Source: Bigelowiella natans CCMP2755
Lineage: Eukaryota > Protista > Cercozoa
Direction: 5' to 3'
DNA: 64,000 nucleotides
NCBI GenBank assembly: GCA_000320545.1
Contig: ADNK01002208.1
Coordinates: forward strand, 124,001-188,000
The position numbers and the translations under genes are program-made. Of this stretch, positions 1-14,450 are shown piece after piece (position 1 is the first letter of the stretch; every line of letters begins with the position of its first letter). The notes beneath the pieces were generated by a model. That model did not search any database. It was not told the DNA's origin and saw only the letters and a program-made list of their open reading frames with translations.

Positions 1-28
1 GCGCTTCTTCGTCTTTTGTTGTTCTCAG

Positions 29-164
29 AGATCCAAATAGGATAACAATATATGGTGAGAGCGCTGGAGCTGGATCTGTGACGGTAGTAGTCCGCTTTCT
101 GCAATCATCTATGTGTCACGATGCTATTATGATGATGAAGATGATGACAAATTTGTGTGTGCAT

Positions 165-201
<37 letters not shown>

Positions 202-855
202 GTTTAATAGTTTCATCTCGTGGCTATGAAGAGCTTTCCATACTACCAAAGAGCAATCACAGAGAGCGGGGTGATAACCACTATCATCATCATCATCATC
301 ATCATCATCGTTGTCTTGAGTCCCCCCCCCCCCCCCCCCGCCCTTACCTTTATCTTACGTAGGGTTTCTCTCAATGGGTGGCAAAGCCGATGAAGCATGC
401 CCAGGACAACTACGAGCATGCTATGAAACTCCTCGGTAGTACTTATCATGATGATGACGATAACAGCTCGTTGAGTACCCAATGGTGTTTTGTGGCCAAA
501 CCAACAGTATTAGTTGTGTTAAATGGTCGAAGCAGTTTTGTTGGAGAGAAGTAGTTTTTCCTTGTATGATCTAATTCGATCAATTTACCCTTGCTTCTTC
601 TCGCCAAGATTATTAAATATCGGTTCTGCTGCCGTCCTACCATTACCTTCATCTTCTTCTTCATCATCTTCTTCTTATTCTTTATCATCATCATCTTCTT
701 CATCTTCATCATCTCCATAATCATCATCGCTGCTGGCATGACACTAAATGCACTGTTCGCGTGTGCATACTTCTCAGGCCTAAAGCCTGATGACGTCGAT
801 AAACTCGAAAGTAGTGTAGTGCGACTTGAAATCAATGCACATTCACATGAATATA

Positions 856-898
<43 letters not shown>

Positions 899-1149
899 AT
901 TTATGTGTGTGCTTGAGTGTGTTTAATACCTATTTTTGACGGCGTTGCAACACGTCTATATTTTCTCAGCAAATGAATCTTTGATCGTTACTTATCGACC
1001 GACACTTCATCGTCATTATTACCTCAGGTCTCTCTTCTGAAAAGATCATCATCAACACGCAAGACTATGAGGGATATCCATGGCCGGTTAGTCGTCTTTT
1101 GACATAAAAATGCACCTACTCACTTACGAATTTGCAGCTGTAGCGACAG

Positions 1150-1198
<49 letters not shown>

Positions 1199-1606
1199 AA
1201 GTAACTGTCTCTCTGACTTGGTTAAAAAGGACACAATGGTGCAATGCCAGTGGGCCCCTGTTATCGATGGTGTTGAGCTCCTTTACCACCCAGGCAACAA
1301 CAACAACAACAACACATTCATCAAGAAAGAAGCTGCTACAAACCCGAAGCATGCCAATTCTTTATAAACTGTCATCATCATCAGCAGTTTGCAGTAGCAG
1401 CACTACACATACTAACCCACCTTCTCCAACCCCCATCCCTTTGTTACATCATGTTTTTCACAGCTTATTCGCTGCAGAAAGGGCTCATTCCGATGGAGAA
1501 AGACGTCATTTTTGGCTCGAATAGAGACGAGGTACACATGCATTGTCTTAGATTCCCATGCATGTAACCATGATGATGGGTTAGTAAAAATCAACCATAA
1601 GATATA

Positions 1607-1641
<35 letters not shown>

Positions 1642-2013
1642 TCATATATTCAGTACTTCTCTGCCACCTTCTCATTTTCTATACTTTGACTCCCCCACCG
1701 CAGCGTGCTAGCTTCCTCTGATTGTAGCACTGGAAAATCGTGATGTTATCATTTGATGACGACAAGATGGTGATGATGATGTGTTCTGTTTCTGACTGAT
1801 GATGTAATAATAAGGGCACGTTGTTCGTGAGCAACAACTCGTACACACATAAACAAGGCTACTACAGCAATGCTGATCTGCCCAGGTAGTAGAAATAATA
1901 GCAGCAGCACCAGCAGTAGCAGCAGCATATAGGCACAACATTGCTAAATATCCACAGATTGTGCATAATACGTGCGTATTCTTTCTTTTCAGAGCATTGT
2001 TTGCTAGAAAATC

Positions 2014-2090
<77 letters not shown>

Positions 2091-2703
2091 TACCTCATCG
2101 CCATCACCATCACCACCACCATCATCATCATCAATCCGACCAGAAACATCGGTGCGAGCCAGTTTGCAGCTTTCAGCCTCGGAAGTTGGGGGCCCATCGT
2201 CGGTATCACATATTAATAAGAAGAATGATAAGATTAATAATCATAAAAATGAAAATAAAAGATTTTTAAAGTCGTAGAAAGAAAGGTCGGTGAATAGAAA
2301 ATCCAGCCTTTCCTCATCCCTCTACCCCCCCCTTTCCCCCCCCTGTCTGTATCTCTGTCTATGGTACTTACGTAATCAGGTCGAATGCTTGTAGATCAGA
2401 ACTTATACCCGCTTCTGTGCCACAGGCCGGTATTGAAGACTATACTCGTTTATAATGATGATGATGATTATGATGATGATGAGAACATGCTAAAGGATGC
2501 CAATGAGAGAGAGCGAAAGATTACCATCGTCATCATCGTCATTACCTTCATTACAATCCTCATCACCATCACCATTATCATCATTATAAAAACCATGCAT
2601 CGACTTGCTAAGGGGTTGGAATACGACCTATGCGACGAAGGCACGTACAATACGTTCTGGTGGGCAGCAACTCGAGTGAGTAGCAGTGTGTTGTGATTGC
2701 CGC

Positions 2704-2743
<40 letters not shown>

Positions 2744-2869
2744 CCGACCAATTAGGCAGCACTGCTTGAATAGCAACCGGGGAAGGGAGAGGAGGAGGAA
2801 GAGGAAGGGAAGAGAGTTCATCTCCAAGCTCTGTATATTAGAAAATATATTTTGATATTATACACACAT

Positions 2870-2910
<41 letters not shown>

Positions 2911-3845
2911 AAGTAGTGTCCATAGGAATAAACTCACATCGTTGATGGGTATTCAAGTTTGATCATCGCGAAGATTGAGTCGTTGTTGTGCTGCTCCTAT
3001 CAACTAACAGGCTACTGGCGACTTCATGATGACCTGCCCTGCACGAAGAGCGGTATCACGATCAAAGCAGAGAAAGCGAGAGCGAGAGAGAGAGAGTTTA
3101 TTGCTCATTGAAGCCGAATTCTCACATCCATACGATCATGTTAGGCATGTTTCGTGGTAGTGATGGTGGTGATGATGATGATGATGTTTATTAGGGTCGG
3201 GACTGGGTCAAGACGGCACTTTCTCGTTTTTCCTCCTCCCCGTTATCATCATCATCATCATCATTGCGTGATGATCCTACGAAGAAGAAGATGATGCCAT
3301 GGGTGTCAAACTACTACTTTGCACACACTCCTCTCGTCAGGTACTACTACGACTACTACGACTACTACTACCTGATCTGCTGCTGCTGTTGTTACTAAAA
3401 AGAAGAAAGAAGACAGACTTGTCGCTGATGTTGTTGGATTTCTGCGATGACTATGATGACTATGATGATGATGATGATGATGATGATGATAACGATGATG
3501 ATGACGTGTGTGATGTGGAATGAAACTTATCAGAGATTACCATTTTGAGAGAACACCAACACTGATATTACTACTACTGCAGCTACTACTACTACTGCTA
3601 CAAACATCTACGGCAAAGTAACCATCCTCCTCCCCTCCTCCTCTCTCACCCCCTTTTAGTGTGAATCTGCATCCGACCTATGCCTGGGGAGCGTTCCATG
3701 GCTCCGAGGTGTGCTGATAGGAGGAGGAGGAGGAGGAGGAGGAGGAGGAGGAGGAAGCTTTGCACTTTTATATTCATAACACAACAGGATTAGAGGAAGA
3801 AACGAAGAAGAAGATGATGATGAATGGCATTTCGTACACACACAC

Positions 3846-3892
<47 letters not shown>

Positions 3893-4316
3893 GGGGGGGG
3901 GGGTCCATTCCCCTTCTCCCCCCACCTATCGTGCATTCAATTTTTCCTTCCAATCCCCTCATCCTCAGGTTCCGTTCGTATTTCATGACGATTTTGAGTT
4001 ATTGAGTAAAGCGGAGAGAGACCTCTCGGCTAAAATGGTGGGTTGGTGGGCGGGTCGAGTTGGGTTGGGTTGGGTTGGGTTGGGTTTGTATAGTGTAGAA
4101 ACTCAAGTGTGAAAGAATTGATATTGTTTTGCGCATAGCAGTACACAGACGATAGTATATTGGGAAAATCCATAGAGCGAGCCATCACTATTGCCTTTCT
4201 TCTTCCACGCATCGTTGCCTGCAAATGTCGTATTGCTCACTCATCTTTGAGCAGCATTTCACCGCTACTGCTGTCTTCTATTGTGTCTGTTGCATTCGAT
4301 ATTATTGTTGTTATTG

Positions 4317-4347
<31 letters not shown>

Positions 4348-5219
4348 CGTTTTTAGGTTGGATATTGGAGCAATTTCGCATCGAGTGGAAATCCCAATAT
4401 CGGACCTACTCAGGTTGCTTTGTGACGCTCAAAGCAATGATGATGGTGGTGGGGATGATGATGATGATGATGACAACGACGGTGATGGTGGTGATAGTGA
4501 GAGAAGGGCCTACGCATTCTCTTAACAGCTCGTATTAATGTTGAAACAATATGTCGTAGGTTCCGCCCATTTGGCCTAATATTTCGAATCCAAACGACAC
4601 TGCCGCAATCAGACTCGCAATTAAAAGGTAGTAAAAGTAGTAGTAGTAGTAGTAGTAGTTGTTGTTGTTGTTGTAGAGTGTTGCTGCAGCAGGATCCATT
4701 CGGTATGTTGATCATCCATCTGTGGCATTTCTGAGGCGCTTCTATGTACTTGTTGTGGTGATGATGATGGTGTTAGATGGACTCCGTACACTTCCGATTA
4801 CAATGAGCTTAATATATCCTCTTCTCCAGGTGCGGTTCGTTGATAGTATTAGCATTAGTATTTTTATTATTAGTAGTAGTAGTAGTAGAAGTGGCAGCAG
4901 CAGCAGCAGCAGCAGCACATTGCACCACAATTGGCGTTGTGATCATCTTCTTCTTCTTCTTCTTCTTCAGTTCTCCGCAATGAGGAGTGCAATTTCTGGG
5001 ATTCTGTGAACGCGCATGTGATATATCCAAATCCGATGAAAGAACCATCATCGACCGTATCCTCCTCCTCCTCCTCCACCTCCTCCTCCTCCTTCTCCTC
5101 GTCTCCAAGCACTTTGCCAATGGCAACATCGACGATATCATGGGGAGAATGGAGCTCTAATTCTTTGCCTCCCATGCCCACCCCACGAGCGCTCTTTGGA
5201 ACTGCTGTAAGTAGTAGGA

Positions 5220-5259
<40 letters not shown>

Positions 5260-6499
5260 TATATTATATGCGATTGCTACAGTGTGTGTGCGTGTGTATG
5301 CAAAAGCCGATAATTATCGCTAGTATTTATGCGTTTACTTGCTTGTTGGATGTAGGCTCTTGACAGTGTGATTTACTGCTTTGGTGGAATCATGGCCGCC
5401 GAATCACCACGTTCATCTACACCAGTCTCCCCATCCTCCTCCTCCTCGTCGTCGTCATCGTCGCCGTCTTTCATCATCTCCATCGTTGCTGCTGCCTAAA
5501 TGGGTAGACACAGCTATCGTAGAGGTATTATTAACCGATAAGCGGCAGGATAGAAAACAGTGTACTTTTCACCGACACTGTAGTTAGTAGGAGTTATGCC
5601 GATCCAAAGAGCAGGGAGAACGTGAGGGACTAGGAGGATGCAGGAGAATGTCTTCATGTGCACGCATGTGATTTCAAGCAATTCATGGATTTTCTCTACC
5701 TCCCTCCTGTCATTCTCTTTGTGTGAGTGTGTGTGTGTGTGTGTGTGTGCGTGTGTGTGGCACGACAACGGTATGGACTACGACGAACACGTAACAAGTA
5801 GAAAGATGACAGTACTTCACCAATCGTCGTTTATTATTATCCTCCTCCCGTCATTACACAGACTTTTGATGTTGGAAGTGGAACGTGGGCATTGGCTCCT
5901 CCTCTCACACAACCGGTGCTAATCAACTGCTCGCTAGATAATCACATCACCAACAATAGGAGACTACGAGTCGCAAGAGGAGGAGGGGGGGAGGACAAAT
6001 GACATCATTCCCGGATATTGTTTAAGGAATAATCATCATCAGTATTGTCACCACCACCACCACCACCACAACCACTACCACCACCTAGTCACATCATCAT
6101 CACCATTGCGATCATAGTGCATTCGTGTTGATATCACAGCGCTCAGGAGTTAGCGGAATTGCAGTTGCTTCCGAAGACGGCAAGCCAGCCACAATATACG
6201 CCGTGGGGGGCATGGTCAGTGAGCACACGCGCGAGAATGATACCGTTGATGACAGCGAAGTGAAGAGGCAATCCTGAACCCATCACATGCATAATATCCG
6301 TTTGTTTTGTGTGTGACATACGCAGCTTGGGAGATCGAAAAAGGGAAGCTTTCCAGAAATCGTTGATGTTGTAGAGAGATTTACGAGGGCAGACAACAAG
6401 TGGAAACGGTAGCCGTGGTAGTAGCAGTGGTAGCAGTGCTAGTGTTGCTTACTAAATAGCTACCTATCTACTTTGCTACTCACCTCGGTCAGCTCACAC

Positions 6500-6555
<56 letters not shown>

Positions 6556-7803
6556 GTAGCCTTGCGAGCTTGCCCTCGCCTCGATGTAACGCAGCCCTAG
6601 CAGCTAGCAAAAGCAGCATATTTGCGGTACGTGTCTTTTCCTTTCACCCAATTCCCTCCTCCTCAGAAAAATAGCAGCAGCAGCATCATGACAAACATGG
6701 ATAAATAGCACCTAACGATTTCGCTACTACTGCATGCCGATGACACTTACGACAACGACGCTCACAATGAAGCACAGACAAAAGCTTGGAAGATGATGAC
6801 GAACTGTGTGGACTACACCATCTCAACACAAACGTACACACGCATAAATTACCTAATCGGATATGCTGCAGGTCGGAGGGTTCGGTGTGTCCTCCAAGAA
6901 TGGGCGAGTAGAGCCTTCATCAATGGTGGTATATGATATCGACCGAGATTCATGGAAGGTAAAGGATCATAACTTTCAATGACTGTACGCTTATTACGTG
7001 CGATTTGATTGAATGGGGTTATACTGCCAAGGTCTTTCTTATGCAGCATTTGTTGTCGTCGTCATCGTCGTCATAGCCGTGTATGTTTGTGACATCATAT
7101 GTGCTGCAATCAATAGGAACTGGAGGGAACACCTACAAAGCGCACATTTCTTACTGCATTCATCGCCGATCAGTACCTCCATGCGGTTGGGGGTATGGCC
7201 GGGTTTTTCTCCCTCACTGGCGGGTCGGAGCAGAGAGACCATATAGCACTCGTCGCCACCCTATCATTTTCTTACTTAAATAATATACACACAAATACCA
7301 CATGATGTAAAGTTGGATATATGATAATGATTTGTTTCGTACTAGCCCTTTTTCTAATAGCTAAATATACTATATACATTTTGTGTTGGGACTAAAAGCG
7401 CATCATGTAGGTTTGATAACACGCCGATGGCAAGCGTGGAGACGTATGATATTAGCAAAAATCAATGGGTTAAACCCGGTGTAGGATCCATAGAAATCGG
7501 ACGGCATAGTGCGGCAGGGGTAATCCTTAGTCACGGCAGCAATGACGAAACCAATATATTAGTTCTAATCTTTCATTTCCTCACCACGCTCATATCACGT
7601 CTTCTCCACCGAGAAGTTGGCGAAAGACGATGTGATATGCTGGTTACCAAGATCTGTATGCACATTTGATGTAATTTAACGTTGCTGTTTCTTTGACATC
7701 GACTCAGGATATGATTACCTTACACGACGGAAGTAGAGGTTTCATCATTCTGGGGGGGAGTGCCAAAGGTGTTGATGAGTAGTACAACCCATTCCATAGA
7801 TAA

Positions 7804-7840
<37 letters not shown>

Positions 7841-8305
7841 TATAGGATGCTCGTGTAAAGTGTATCGTTTCATCATCATCATCATCATCACCATCACCAT
7901 CATCATCATCTTTTCAGCTACTATCATTAAACATTGATTTTGTACGCCTCCTTTCCATTTCTTTTAACAAACGAGCAGATGGTGACACGGCATCGGTGGA
8001 GATGTTAGTAATGACCAAACGTGGCAAGATAGACACGCTGTTACGCCTTCCAGATTCACCTATTTCTCGGACGATGCACGGGGTACCAAAGAGGAATTTA
8101 CATTGATTTGAGCGGGTAGAACATTGTTGTCGTCGTCTTTTCTAATTTGTCCGCTGTGATCTCGTAGGTCTCTGCTGTGCAAGGCTGCGTATACGCTATT
8201 GGAGGCATTGGTTCACAGCAGGCATGGAATGATCCGTACTACGTAAATCGTTCCGGAATTTTGGGATCTCTGGAAAGATTGTGCGAATTGCCACAGAAAA
8301 GATAG
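29..8305 (+). CDS. Multi-exon type-B carboxylesterase/cholinesterase-like alpha/beta hydrolase fused to a C-terminal Kelch-repeat propeller (5' end lies upstream of the window)
   Basis: Esterase exons translate to DPNRITIYGESAGAGSV (catalytic Ser codon 60-62), WAPVIDG, IFGSNRDE, GDFMMTCP, WGAFHGSE/VPFVF (His codon 3697-3699), YWSNFASSGNPN and EECNFWD. The frame continues through a Ser-rich linker into Kelch motifs: LPPMPTPR, IYAVGG, VERF...WK, LPSPRCNAA, VGGF...VYD...WK, VETYDISKNQW and VYAIGG. Stop is TAG 8303-8305. Confidence 0.85.
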
Positions 8306-9411
8306 TACAAGCAACCAATTTGTGGGAGAATAATCCAAGAAGTACAGCTAGCCGCGAGACGCAAGAATCCTATGTAGCAAGCATTTTGATGTGGAACTTG
8401 CATGGAGTATGTTGTGAAATGAGTCATCGTGTACGTCGACGGCTGGATTTGTTCTTGCAACCAATTCCGTTGCTACATCATCAATTGCAACCGTGCAATC
8501 GATGTAGCGATGCGCCGCATGGCTAGATGGCCTCGTCATCATCGGCTAGCTAAAAAAAAATGTGCGATGCATGCATGCTTGTGCTTGGATTCGTCTGACC
8601 ATTCACGCGGTGCATCACAACTTGCTCAAACGCGCGCATTTTCACAAAAAATGAGTTTTCTCGACAACCAGCATGTGGACTTGCAAGTCCCTACACGTGT
8701 GTGTGCTGTCTGTGACTTGTGCATCGACTACTTCACATGCACCTTTGACCTCACATATGTAGCACACATATGAACAGGCACGCGCACTTGGAGTGAAACG
8801 CGTCTACAAATCCCTAGATCGCATCGTTGCATTGTGTGTGCTGTTCACACACACACACACACACTAGCACAGGAATGTATTCTGCATGTGCCCATGATGG
8901 ATCGAGCTGCTTTGCTGCTGAACATCTTTTGAAGCATCACATGCTTTGATCGCACGTACGTGGTGACCGGAGTGATCGATGCGTGGCTCGAAAAAAATGA
9001 TCTCAATGCTGTTACCACATGTTGTGAAAATAGGTGTCATCTCTACACGTACATGCACGAACACGTGAATACTCTCCTAACGCACTGCCTTCTAGATCAG
9101 TGCTGCTGACTACTGTGTTTGAGCTCTCTCCACACTAGTCTATGACATTTGTGGGTGCATGAAACCGAAATCGTTCCTGTTGACCACACACATACACAAA
9201 CACAAACACATACACACACGCACACACACACACACATTTTCTTACTTTAACTGAGAGAAAAGGAGTTCGTCATCATGTATGTGCTGCAAAACATGACAAA
9301 GCGACCTTCATGTATTTCTTCGACCAATTCTTTCTCTTGAAGTACCTACAATGATCATTTCCAACCCAAAGCACACAAAATAAGGAAAACTGAAAGACAA
9401 GGCGAATTTAG

Positions 9412-10112
9412 CTACAGGAAGAAGGACGCATTATAGTATTCTGCCAACCCTTTGGTGTTCCTCGATGTTCCAAATGCAGAAAATCTCGGGACCTGAGAAG
9501 AATTTGCTACATCATACATACATACATACATACATCATCAGAACGGAAAATGATGTGAGTGCGTAGATACCCCCGAGCGATAAGTAGGACTTTTCTTCTC
9601 GCTTTCCTTCACCTCCAATGTCGTGCCTGGGCATTGTACGTATGTTGAGCAGGGATGCATACTTTCACAGATGAACTTGCACTTTAAAGTCAGAAAAGGG
9701 GGAATACAATCAAATGGATCGAGTAACCATATATTCGGTATTTTCCAGGTCCTAGATTGGGGTGCTGACAACAAACAACACAACACGCAACATTAACAAT
9801 ACACTATTTGCCACATCTCACCAAAATTGTCATCAAACAAAAGTTATTCGAAACGGTACTTATCATCATCATTATGATTATGATGGTTATTTGTTATTAC
9901 GTATGTCTCCGGAACTTCTCCTCCAATATTTGAAAACTTTTCTCCAGTAAACCTGCAGCAGTAGTAGCAGCAGCAGCAGTAGCAGCAGCAGAGAGGTTGT
10001 TACTAATGAAAACTATTTCCACATAAATTCTCCTGCAATATGATCGTCCACCTTGTACCGGAGAAACTAGCAGAATACTTTTCGGGAGAGCGGAGGACTG
10101 TATGATGTTACA

Positions 10113-10159
<47 letters not shown>

Positions 10160-10279
10160 TTACAACGGTACATTGTTTTGAGTCTCCTCCTCCTCCTCCT
10201 CCTCCTCCTCCTCCTCATATATGTTCAAATATATCACACTATCTGATTGAACAACCGCCAAACCCTAGACTCTACAACA

Positions 10280-10311
<32 letters not shown>

Positions 10312-10913
10312 CTTTTTCAGCTAACGATACTGTCTTGAACTTTGCTGCGGCAGGAGACGAAGATACCGTAGGCTGCAATGTTCACGGGATAATGATGACG
10401 ATGATCATGATTATGGTGCCACAACAAAATATTCGCAAGCTCATTCTATGGAAATACTAGTGATTGCAGTTATAACGTTGTAACGCTACTGCGTATTCTA
10501 TTCTCACACGTGCCACCTTTCCAGTGTGTGAGAGAGGAGCACTTGCCCTACAAAAACAATATCATCCTTTACGTATTCGACTAACATTGATCCTGAAATC
10601 AATCTACAATGCTAAGACATCTTCATATTGTTATTTGCGCCCTTACAATGAAGTGGGATCTGAACTTCGCAACCAATCCGAACGCTTGTGTTTCGCTAAT
10701 ATGGAAACCGTAAACATGTGTATATTATCATTGAAAGGAAGAAGACATAATCGTCGATAAAGCTGCATAAGAAAATCGAGTGCGATGAGTCAATGTACAC
10801 TGTTAATACTCCCATTTGCTCTTAACATGCAATTATCGTCAAGAGGTCAATATAATCACGTATTTTGTGATAATAAGGCTGAGCATATATTACCATGTAT
10901 TCGATTTAGGCAT
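9412..10913 (-). CDS. Hypothetical small multi-exon protein
   Basis: Several short GT-AG-bounded open segments. Candidate first exon is MPKSNTW and last exon VPRFSAFGTSRNTKGLAEYYNASFFL*. Internal phases are ambiguous and no domain was recognised. Confidence 0.35.
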
Positions 10914-12553
10914 TCCCTCCTTTGAATCACACAATAAAAACATGCAGCCGACTTAAAGAAGAACGGGATTCTACATTCCAAAGAATATCAACAAAAAGAG
11001 ATAGTAGTGCGATGATCTAACTCACTTGCTTTTCGTAATCATTGTACGTTTGTCCACGATATTGTATGGATCAACTCCCTTTCTGTAATCATTTTACATC
11101 ATCAATCAAAGATAGAAGGAAACCCCTTTCGTCAGAGACTTTGTATAGATTTAATGTAATATGTTATTTCTTATTACTTGAAGCAAGAAGAAGTATCGTT
11201 GTAGAATAGTTTGGGATTGTTTCTTGATTTCCACCTAGGGTGACGAGATATTATAGACCACGACGATATCTTGAATAATGATCTCCTTAAGAATGAATAT
11301 GGTAAATTAAATGCAACCTTTCTAAGTTGTATTTATTCCCAGCCCGATGATAAGAAAGAGGAGAAAGTGTCACTCTCTTTGATAGACTACATTTTCCTGA
11401 TAGACACCATATGTATTCATATATGTCACTCTGGGCAGAATTCTCAAGGTCACTATAGCCAATAATTTATGAGATATAAACTCTGTTGTTGCATCAACAA
11501 CAACAACCATCACCTAAAGTTGTGTCCAAATTGTATACAGGGTCTGTGTCTTCCCAATCGTCGAATCCACCAAGATTTAGTCCAGGCTTTTGAAAAAAAA
11601 ATCTTACTTTCTTGTGTGTCGTGAAATTGACTATAACGTTGACAGCAATGATGAACATTTACTTTAAAGTGGATCAAGTTCGCAATTTAAATGGACTGGG
11701 ACATCAACAGACACATTTACACATTTTTATTTGTAAGAGATTTTATGAGAACAAATTTTCACCTTCGATACACTGTGTGGATTCTTCGAAATTGCTGTTT
11801 TTATACCATAAACAAGGGATACATCCTCCGTCAGCGAACATTCGCACAGTCAACTAGCCATCAGAGTCGACCTTTTTGTCTAGATTTACTTTCCCTTTTC
11901 GATTTTTTCACTGCTGTGTCCATTTTGGTGTGAATCTGCGAATCACTTTAGTATTGGGCTCAATTATGAACAGACGAGGGGGGGGAGAAGAGCGTGTCAG
12001 GGCAGGCTACACATAGGTCGACAATTCCCTGCACACGTTTTCTGTCAACTGCTAGACGTTTTCTGATAGAAAATGTTGTCGCACATTGTAGATTACAAGG
12101 GATTATGAGGAAACTCAAAAGAAGGACAGAACTGGGAGAACAGGGAAAAGAACAACAAAGAACGCAAAGAAGTTTCATGAATACCGAGTATCTCGAGAGA
12201 TTTTGCAGAGAGACGTCATCGCATTTCGCACTTATTCGATAAGAACTATCATGAATGTCCAAGTCTTGTCTTAAACATGGCTTCGGGGAATTTATTTATC
12301 GTACTTGAATGTTTGGTGTCGCTCTTTACAAAAAAATGCACAAGTGTTTGTCGCATGTGATCTTTTACAAACGTAGAATCATTGTACAGGCCTGTAGCAC
12401 AACTCTCAGTTCAAAATCAGATTCAAATAGTTGTTTTCGGATACATGCGAGAGTTAAAATTAGGTCTTAAACTTTCCGGCAAACCCGAGAAGCGCTTCTC
12501 TCCGTTCTCCTCCGTGGGCTCCGTGAGAGAAGGAACACAGGCGTCGTGCCATC

Positions 12554-14410
12554 ATGGCATCTGCGACAGATGCTTGCTGCCATGGTGGTCACGACGACAA
12601 CACCGGTCAAACACAGAACATTTCTCATGCAAGTCAAAGTTCAAGTTCCTCTGAAGATCAGCTTTCCACAATGATTGAAACTCTGCGAAGATGCATCTCC
12701 CATTCAAGCGAATCGAAGGTATGTGGATTCGATGATAACGTGAGTTTTCTGATCACTATTGTTGTACTAAGGTTTGTCGAAAATTGGTGAGAACATGCGA
12801 CCTATTTTGGTGCACCGTGAAGGCTCACGTACACGCGCTCAACAATATTTACATTGAGAAGTAAGTTGGGGTAAATCGATACGTGCACATTCGACCACAA
12901 CCTGAATCATGCCTCTTAGGGAACAGCGATGCCGTCTTAAATTCGAGCTAATAAATATTCATGTCCTAAGGGATCAAAGGTCTTCATTTCGTTTTGGATT
13001 CTACAAATATCAACTCACACGGATCATGCAGGTACTTGAATTCCCAGGCCGTTCAACGCTCTATCCAGGAAGCTATGATAATTCTATCTTCCCCAAGCGA
13101 AAAATGGAATATGAATGGAGCACTCAGAAGTAGTATGTACGTTCTTGACCAAAAAACTCCGCCGTCTGAAGCCGAAGCCGAATCCAAGATGAAGAGGGTA
13201 AAAGTTGCAGTCTCGGTTTATTCTCCGTTGCCTGTCTAATCTAGAGTTTCTTCGAAGGTGCACGAATTAATCTCAAAATTGGCCTCAGAGACAGAGATAA
13301 CATCATCAAAATCTCTTGGAAAAGTTAGCACCGAAGTGAAGACGGCAAATATACTCACCGAAAAAACTCGAAGTTCTGAGAGATTGCCTCAACCTTTTCT
13401 TAATGAATTAAGGAGATTCTTCTCAGTATGCAACCTTCTCGACCAGCTGCGCAAGTTTGTAGTATCCCACTACATGATAGTCAGCAACGCCGTCGATACA
13501 TTTGAAAGTCGCTTATAATTTCCATGAATATTTGCTTGCCGTTATCAAAATTGATTTTTTTTTAAACAGGATTAACCGGGGTCTCATGTAAGATCCCCTA
13601 CCTGAAGATTCTTGAAGATGAAGTCTTTTACTGCTCCCCTATGCTAGCTAAACTTCACACTACTATGGTATGCAGTGGATCCACCTCAGTTGCAGTTCCA
13701 CATGCTAAGCTAAAATAAAGCGGCTATAAATCGGTATCTGTGTATTATTTTAGGAATGTCTCGCGGGGTACATTACCTGCGCACACTGTTTGGGCCAGGT
13801 GTTACATTTATTTAGCTTCACATACCTGGCTTGTATCATATATTTGTATTTTAGAAGGGAAATTCTTCTGCATCTCCGCGCTTACCATCGCTGAAGGTTA
13901 AATAGCGCTACATGGAAGAATGGTTAAAATCTAATCAAACTACTACGGATCCTCAGATTTTTCTTGGAGCAACTCCTAACTATCTATGTCCACTTTGCGA
14001 ATCTGTATTAAAACATCCAGTGGTATTGCGTTGTCAACATAGGTAAATGAAGTGATATTCATTTGTCGTTGTAGTATTTCCCTAAAGGTTTTATTCTTTG
14101 CCAGATTCTGCCTTTGTTGCCTGGAGAGCATTCGACCAACCACCGACCGGTTTTGCTAATATCTTGCATATAAAATTTTGAAAATTGAATTATATTATTC
14201 CATATAATTATATTAACAGATGTCCTGTATGCTCCAAAATAATGAATCTACAATCATCAACAAGTTTGAAAGTCGATAGTGTACTGCAAAACTTCATTGC
14301 TAACCATTTTCCCGAGGAGGCCTCTCATCCCTGCACAATGCACAGTAAGAGGAAACATATTTCATTTTATTTTTCCTCAAATGCACACACACCCACACAC
14401 ACACACACAC

Positions 14411-14450
<40 letters not shown>

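Noticed and set aside
4039-4086. (GGGTT)n tract as an interstitial telomere
   Set aside because: It is a short pentamer microsatellite in an intron, not TTAGGG-type. It may be G4-forming but is otherwise unremarkable.
78-5922. Homopolymer-rich short ORFs in the ORF track (poly-L, M, H, SL, CV, YI)
   Set aside because: These are translations of intronic microsatellites. The real coding sequence is the short spliced esterase exons.
11230-12300. Possible small exons between the hypothetical gene and the RING gene
   Set aside because: I could not assemble a consistent spliced frame or recognise any motif.
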